A stretch of DNA of 53,186 bases from Chiloscyllium plagiosum (lineage: Eukaryota). The notes beneath the pieces were generated by a model, which was not told where the DNA came from, searched no databases, and saw only the letters and a program-made list of their open reading frames with translations. The stretch's first letter is position 1; each line of letters begins with the position of its first letter. The translations under genes were made by a program, and so were the position numbers. The DNA lies in NCBI RefSeq assembly GCF_004010195.1, contig NW_025215328.1, positions 17,514 through 70,699 of the forward strand, read 5' to 3'. Shown one piece after another: positions 49,111-53,186 of the stretch.

Positions 49111-50054
49111 GCACACTTGGAACATTGTGTTCAGTTCTGGTCACCTTGTTATAGGAAAGATGTACAAGCGATAGTGAGGGTGCAGAGATATCCTTACGGC
49201 TCAACAGAAATATTGACACACATCACACGAGTGAATGAAATATTGAGGAAGTCACCACGCTAAAAATAAATACTGGCAGATTCTCCATGTCTGTATAAAC
49301 GTCAGTGTGTCAGTGTCTGTGCTGATGCCTGTATATCTATGTGTACACGTGCATCAGTGTATCGGGATTTGTCTCTGTGTGTCTGCTTTAGTATCTGTGT
49401 TTCTGCACCAGTCACTATGTGTACCTGTGTATTTATATTCATATCTGTGTGTATCTGCGTGTCTATGTGGGTATCCGTGTGCCGTGTGCGGATCTGCCAG
49501 CCTCTCTGGTGTACACCTTAAAGAGTATTGCAACTGCAACTGCAATCAAACAATTCTGACCAAACCATTTGTAAGGTGATGCGATGAATGTATTACATGT
49601 TCTTTAAATTGAAATATTTTATAATTCACCCCTACAAGGTGTAAGTGAGAAAGGATTGAAAAGTCCTGAAACCGACCCAGTGGGGGTGGTAATATATCTA
49701 GGTATCAGACCAAACTGTTCTGTGCCTCCAGCGATATTTGTATAACCAAACAGCCGTGCAATGTGAGAGATTCGCAATATTTGATGTCCTCTGATAGAGA
49801 GGAAAAAACTGACACTTGTGCAGTGGCATGGGGAGACCAGCAGAGCGTGGCATTGTATGAATATAAACTTAATAGGGACAGACGTAGAGGTGGAGAAGGG
49901 GAGTAGGGGTTTATCTCAGTTTCAATGGTATTACCCCCAAACCCACAGAGCCATCATTTCACAAAGATGCACACCAACATGCATAGACACATTAAACGCA
50001 CAACACATATGCACACTTACACGCAAACACATGCACATGCCCGCACACAGACAC

Positions 50055-50765
50055 AGTGGTTTCTTTAAGATAGAGATAAGTACGTTTTTCATGAATAAGG
50101 GAATCAATGGTCAGTTGATGAAGGCAGGTGAATGTGGCTGAGAAACATTTTAAGTGTGATCAAACGGTTCAGCAGATCCAAGGGGTTAAATGGCCTAATT
50201 CTGTTCCAATTTCCTATTTTGTGAAGGGATTTATTTTGGAAGTCGAATTTGAATGCAGATTACTGGGTCAAGTGCAGGATTCGTAGCAGTGTGGAGGAAC
50301 AAACGAATCTTGGGGTCCATGTCTGTCGGTGTCTCAGTTGCCACCTAAGTTGATAGGGTTTTAAGAAGGCATATGTTGTGCTGGCTTTTATTAGCAGCGG
50401 GACTGAGTTTAAGAGCCGGGCGATTCTGCTGCAGGTCTCTCAAGCCCTGGTGAGACCACATTTGAAACGTTCTGATGGCCTCATTATAGAAAGGATGTGG
50501 AAGCTGTAGAGCGGGTGTAGAGGAGATTTACCAGGATGCTGCCTGGACTAGAGGGCTTGACTGACGAAGAAAGGTTGAGGGAGCTACGGTCTTTCTCATT
50601 GGAATAAAGAAGGATGAGAGGTAACTTGATAGAGCTAAACAAGATGGTGAGAGTTACAGACAGAGTAAATAGTCAGAGACTTCTTCCCATGGTAGAAATG
50701 ATTGTCACGAAGTGAGCATAATTTTAAGGTGTTTGGAGAAAGGTTTTGGAAGATATCAAAGGAAG
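50055..50765 (+). mobile_element. CR1-group 3' fragments
   Basis: ccctggtgagaccacattt, aggagatttaccaggatgctgcctggacta (RRFTRMLPGL). Confidence 0.8.
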
Positions 50766-51839
50766 TGAGTCACCAGGCCCCTCCCCTCCCCTCCCCACAA
50801 ACCGGGTCCCTGGTACAGTGAGACAGCTGTGCTAACNNNNNNNNNNNNNNNNNNNNNNNNNNNNNNNNNNNNNNNNNNNNNNNNNNNNNNNNNNNNNNNN
50901 NNNNNNNNNNNNNNNNNNNNNNNNNNNNNNNNNNNNNNNNNNNNNNNNNNNNNNNNNNNNNNNNNNNNNNNNNNNNNNNNNNNNNNNNNNNNNNNNNNNN
51001 NNNNNNNNNNNNNNNNNNNNNNNNNNNNNNNNNNNNNNNNNNNNNNNNNNNNNNNNNNNNNNNNNNNNNNNNNNNNNNNNNNNNNNNNNNNNNNNNNNNN
51101 NNNNNNNNNNNNNNNNNNNNNNNNNNNNNNNNNNNNNNNNNNNNNNNNNNNNNNNNNNNNNNNNNNNNNNNNNNNNNNNNNNNNNNNNNNNNNNNNNNNN
51201 NNNNNNNNNNNNNNNNNNNNNNNNNNNNNNNNNNNNNNNNNNNNNNNNNNNNNNNNNNNNNNNNNNNNNNNNNNNNNNNNNNNNNNNNNNNNNNNNNNNN
51301 NNNNNNNNNNNNNNNNNNNNNNNNNNNNNNNNNNNNNNNNNNNNNNNNNNNNNNNNNNNNNNNNNNNNNNNNNNNNNNNNNNNNNNNNNNNNNNNNNNNN
51401 NNNNNNNNNNNNNNNNNNNNNNNNNNNNNNNNNNNNNNNNNNNNNNNNNNNNNNNNNNNNNNNNNNNNNNNNNNNNNNNNNNNNNNNNNNNNNNNNNNNN
51501 NNNNNNNNNNNNNNNNNNNNNNNNNNNNNNNNNNNNNNNNNNNNNNNNNNNNNNNNNNNNNNNNNNNNNNNNNNNNNNNNNNNNNNNNNNNNNNNNNNNN
51601 NNNNNNNNNNNNNNNNNNNNNNNNNNNNNNNNNNNNNNNNNNNNNNNNNNNNNNNNNNNNNNNNNNNNNNNNNNNNNNNNNNNNNNNNNNNNNNNNNNNN
51701 NNNNTCCCCCTCCCCCGCCCCCCAATCAGGGTCCCTGGTACTGTGAAACAACCATGCTAACCACTGAGACACCATTCCCCCGTCCCCGCCCCCTCCCCCA
51801 AAAAAGAGTCACTGTGCTCTGCAGTACTGGGGAAAATGT

Positions 51840-52504
51840 AAATAAAAGTGATGAGCTTAGAGCTATGATGTGTGGCCATAACAGAGACGTGGGTTTCGCA
51901 GGGGCAGGAATGGTTGCTGGCTGTTCCAGGGTTTTAGAACATTTAAAAAGAATAGGGAGGAGGTAAAAAGAGGAGGGGGGTGTAGCACTGCTAATCAGAG
52001 AGGGTATCACAGCTACAGACGTTACCATTATCGTGGAAGGTCTGCCTAATGAGGCAGTATGGGTGAAAATTAAGAACAGTAAGGCAGCAATCATCTCATT
52101 TGGGGTTTACTACAGGCCTCCCAAAAGAAGCAGGGAGATTGAAGAAAGCATAGGCCGGCAGATTTTGGAAAAGTGTGAATGGAATAGGGTAGTTGTAATG
52201 GGTGACTAACTTTCCTAATATTGATTGGAACCTCCTTCCAGCAGATGGTTTGGAAGGAGCTGTTTTTGTAAGGTGTGTTCAGGAGGGTTTCCTAACTCAG
52301 TACGTTGACAGGCCGACAAAGGGAAAGGACATTTTGGATTTGGTGCTCGGCAATGAGCTGGGGCAGGTGTCAGATCTTGCGCTGGGAGAGCATTTTGGTG
52401 ATAGTGACCACAACTGCCTCAAATTCTATATAGCCATGGAGAAGGAGAGAAGCAGGCAAAATGGGAGGATATTTAGTTGGGGAAAAGGAAACTATGATAC
52501 TATC
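51840..52504 (+). mobile_element. CR1 ORF2 endonuclease fragment
   Basis: GVYYRPPK, NFPNIDW, QEGFLTQYVDRPT, LDLVLGNE, HFGDSDHN. Confidence 0.88.
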
Positions 52505-53186
52505 AAGTTAAAAATCACACAACACCAGGTTATAGTCCAACAGGTTTAATTGGAAGCACACTGGCTTTCGGAGCGACGCTCCTTCATCAGGTGATTGTGG
52601 AAGGCTCGATCGTAACACAGAATTTATAGCAAAAAATTGCAGTGTGATGTAACTGAAATCATACATTGAAGAATTGATTGTCAGTTCGACATGAATCTAT
52701 GTGGTTTTTGAGCAAAATGCAATGTAACTTTGTACCAAAAAATTCTTCACCAAACACAATATATATGTGTGCATGTGGGTCTTTGTCTGTCTGTATGTGT
52801 GTCTGTCTGGGGTGGGGGTTGTGAGTGTGAGAAACACACACACACACTCACATGCACACGGACACAGATACACACAGACGCGCCCACAGACACCCACACA
52901 CACCCTGATAGACACACAGACTCACACGCATGCACCCCCTCACAGAATTAAGACACTCTGCACTCACTACACACACACACGCGCACACACACATTCTCAC
53001 ACTCACAACCCCCACCCCAGACAGACAGACACACACACACACAAAGAAATTTATGTAAAACTCTGTTATTTCACTTTTTAGATGGGAATCAATCTAAACA
53101 TCAGGTCATAGATAGAGAACACAGGGGGCTAACACCTTCAACACATTGTCTAGCTATCAACATTTTTAACAGCTAACCCGAGAATG
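52505..53186 (-). mobile_element. Penelope-type terminal repeat / 3' region with (CA)n microsatellites
   Basis: Interrupts the CR1; contains a hammerhead core at 52559-52593; homologous to 15872-16660. Confidence 0.65.
52559..52593 (-). ncRNA. Minimal type-I hammerhead ribozyme motif with one core substitution
   Basis: Minus strand CAC-CUGAUGA-A-GGAGC-GUC-GCUCC-GAAA-GCCA-GUG. Confidence 0.6.

Overview
Vertebrate (cartilaginous fish, most likely shark) genomic DNA, inferred from HE1-type V-SINEs and their CR1/HER1 partner LINEs. Most of the window is decayed retroelements: many CR1 LINE fragments, two near-complete CR1 copies with SGNH-esterase ORF1, one L1-clade element, L2 fragments, Penelope-like fragments with minimal hammerhead-ribozyme motifs, and two SINE families, often nested. 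There are five assembly gaps. The only host-gene sequences recognised are two paralogous minus-strand first exons of class-A GPCRs of the GPR139-like expansion found in shark genomes: 18789-19008 (open) and 315-530 (frameshifted). Each has a 42-bp tandem-repeat N-terminus, a phase-1 GTAAGT donor and a homologous upstream region. No second (7TM) exon lies in the gap-free 18 kb between them, so they are either orphan exons or alternative first exons for a shared exon outside the window. Other notable structures are a 225-bp inverted duplication at a CR1 3' junction and several cluster-specific low-copy blocks and minisatellites. All calls come from reading the sequence by eye; no searches were run and repeat boundaries are approximate.
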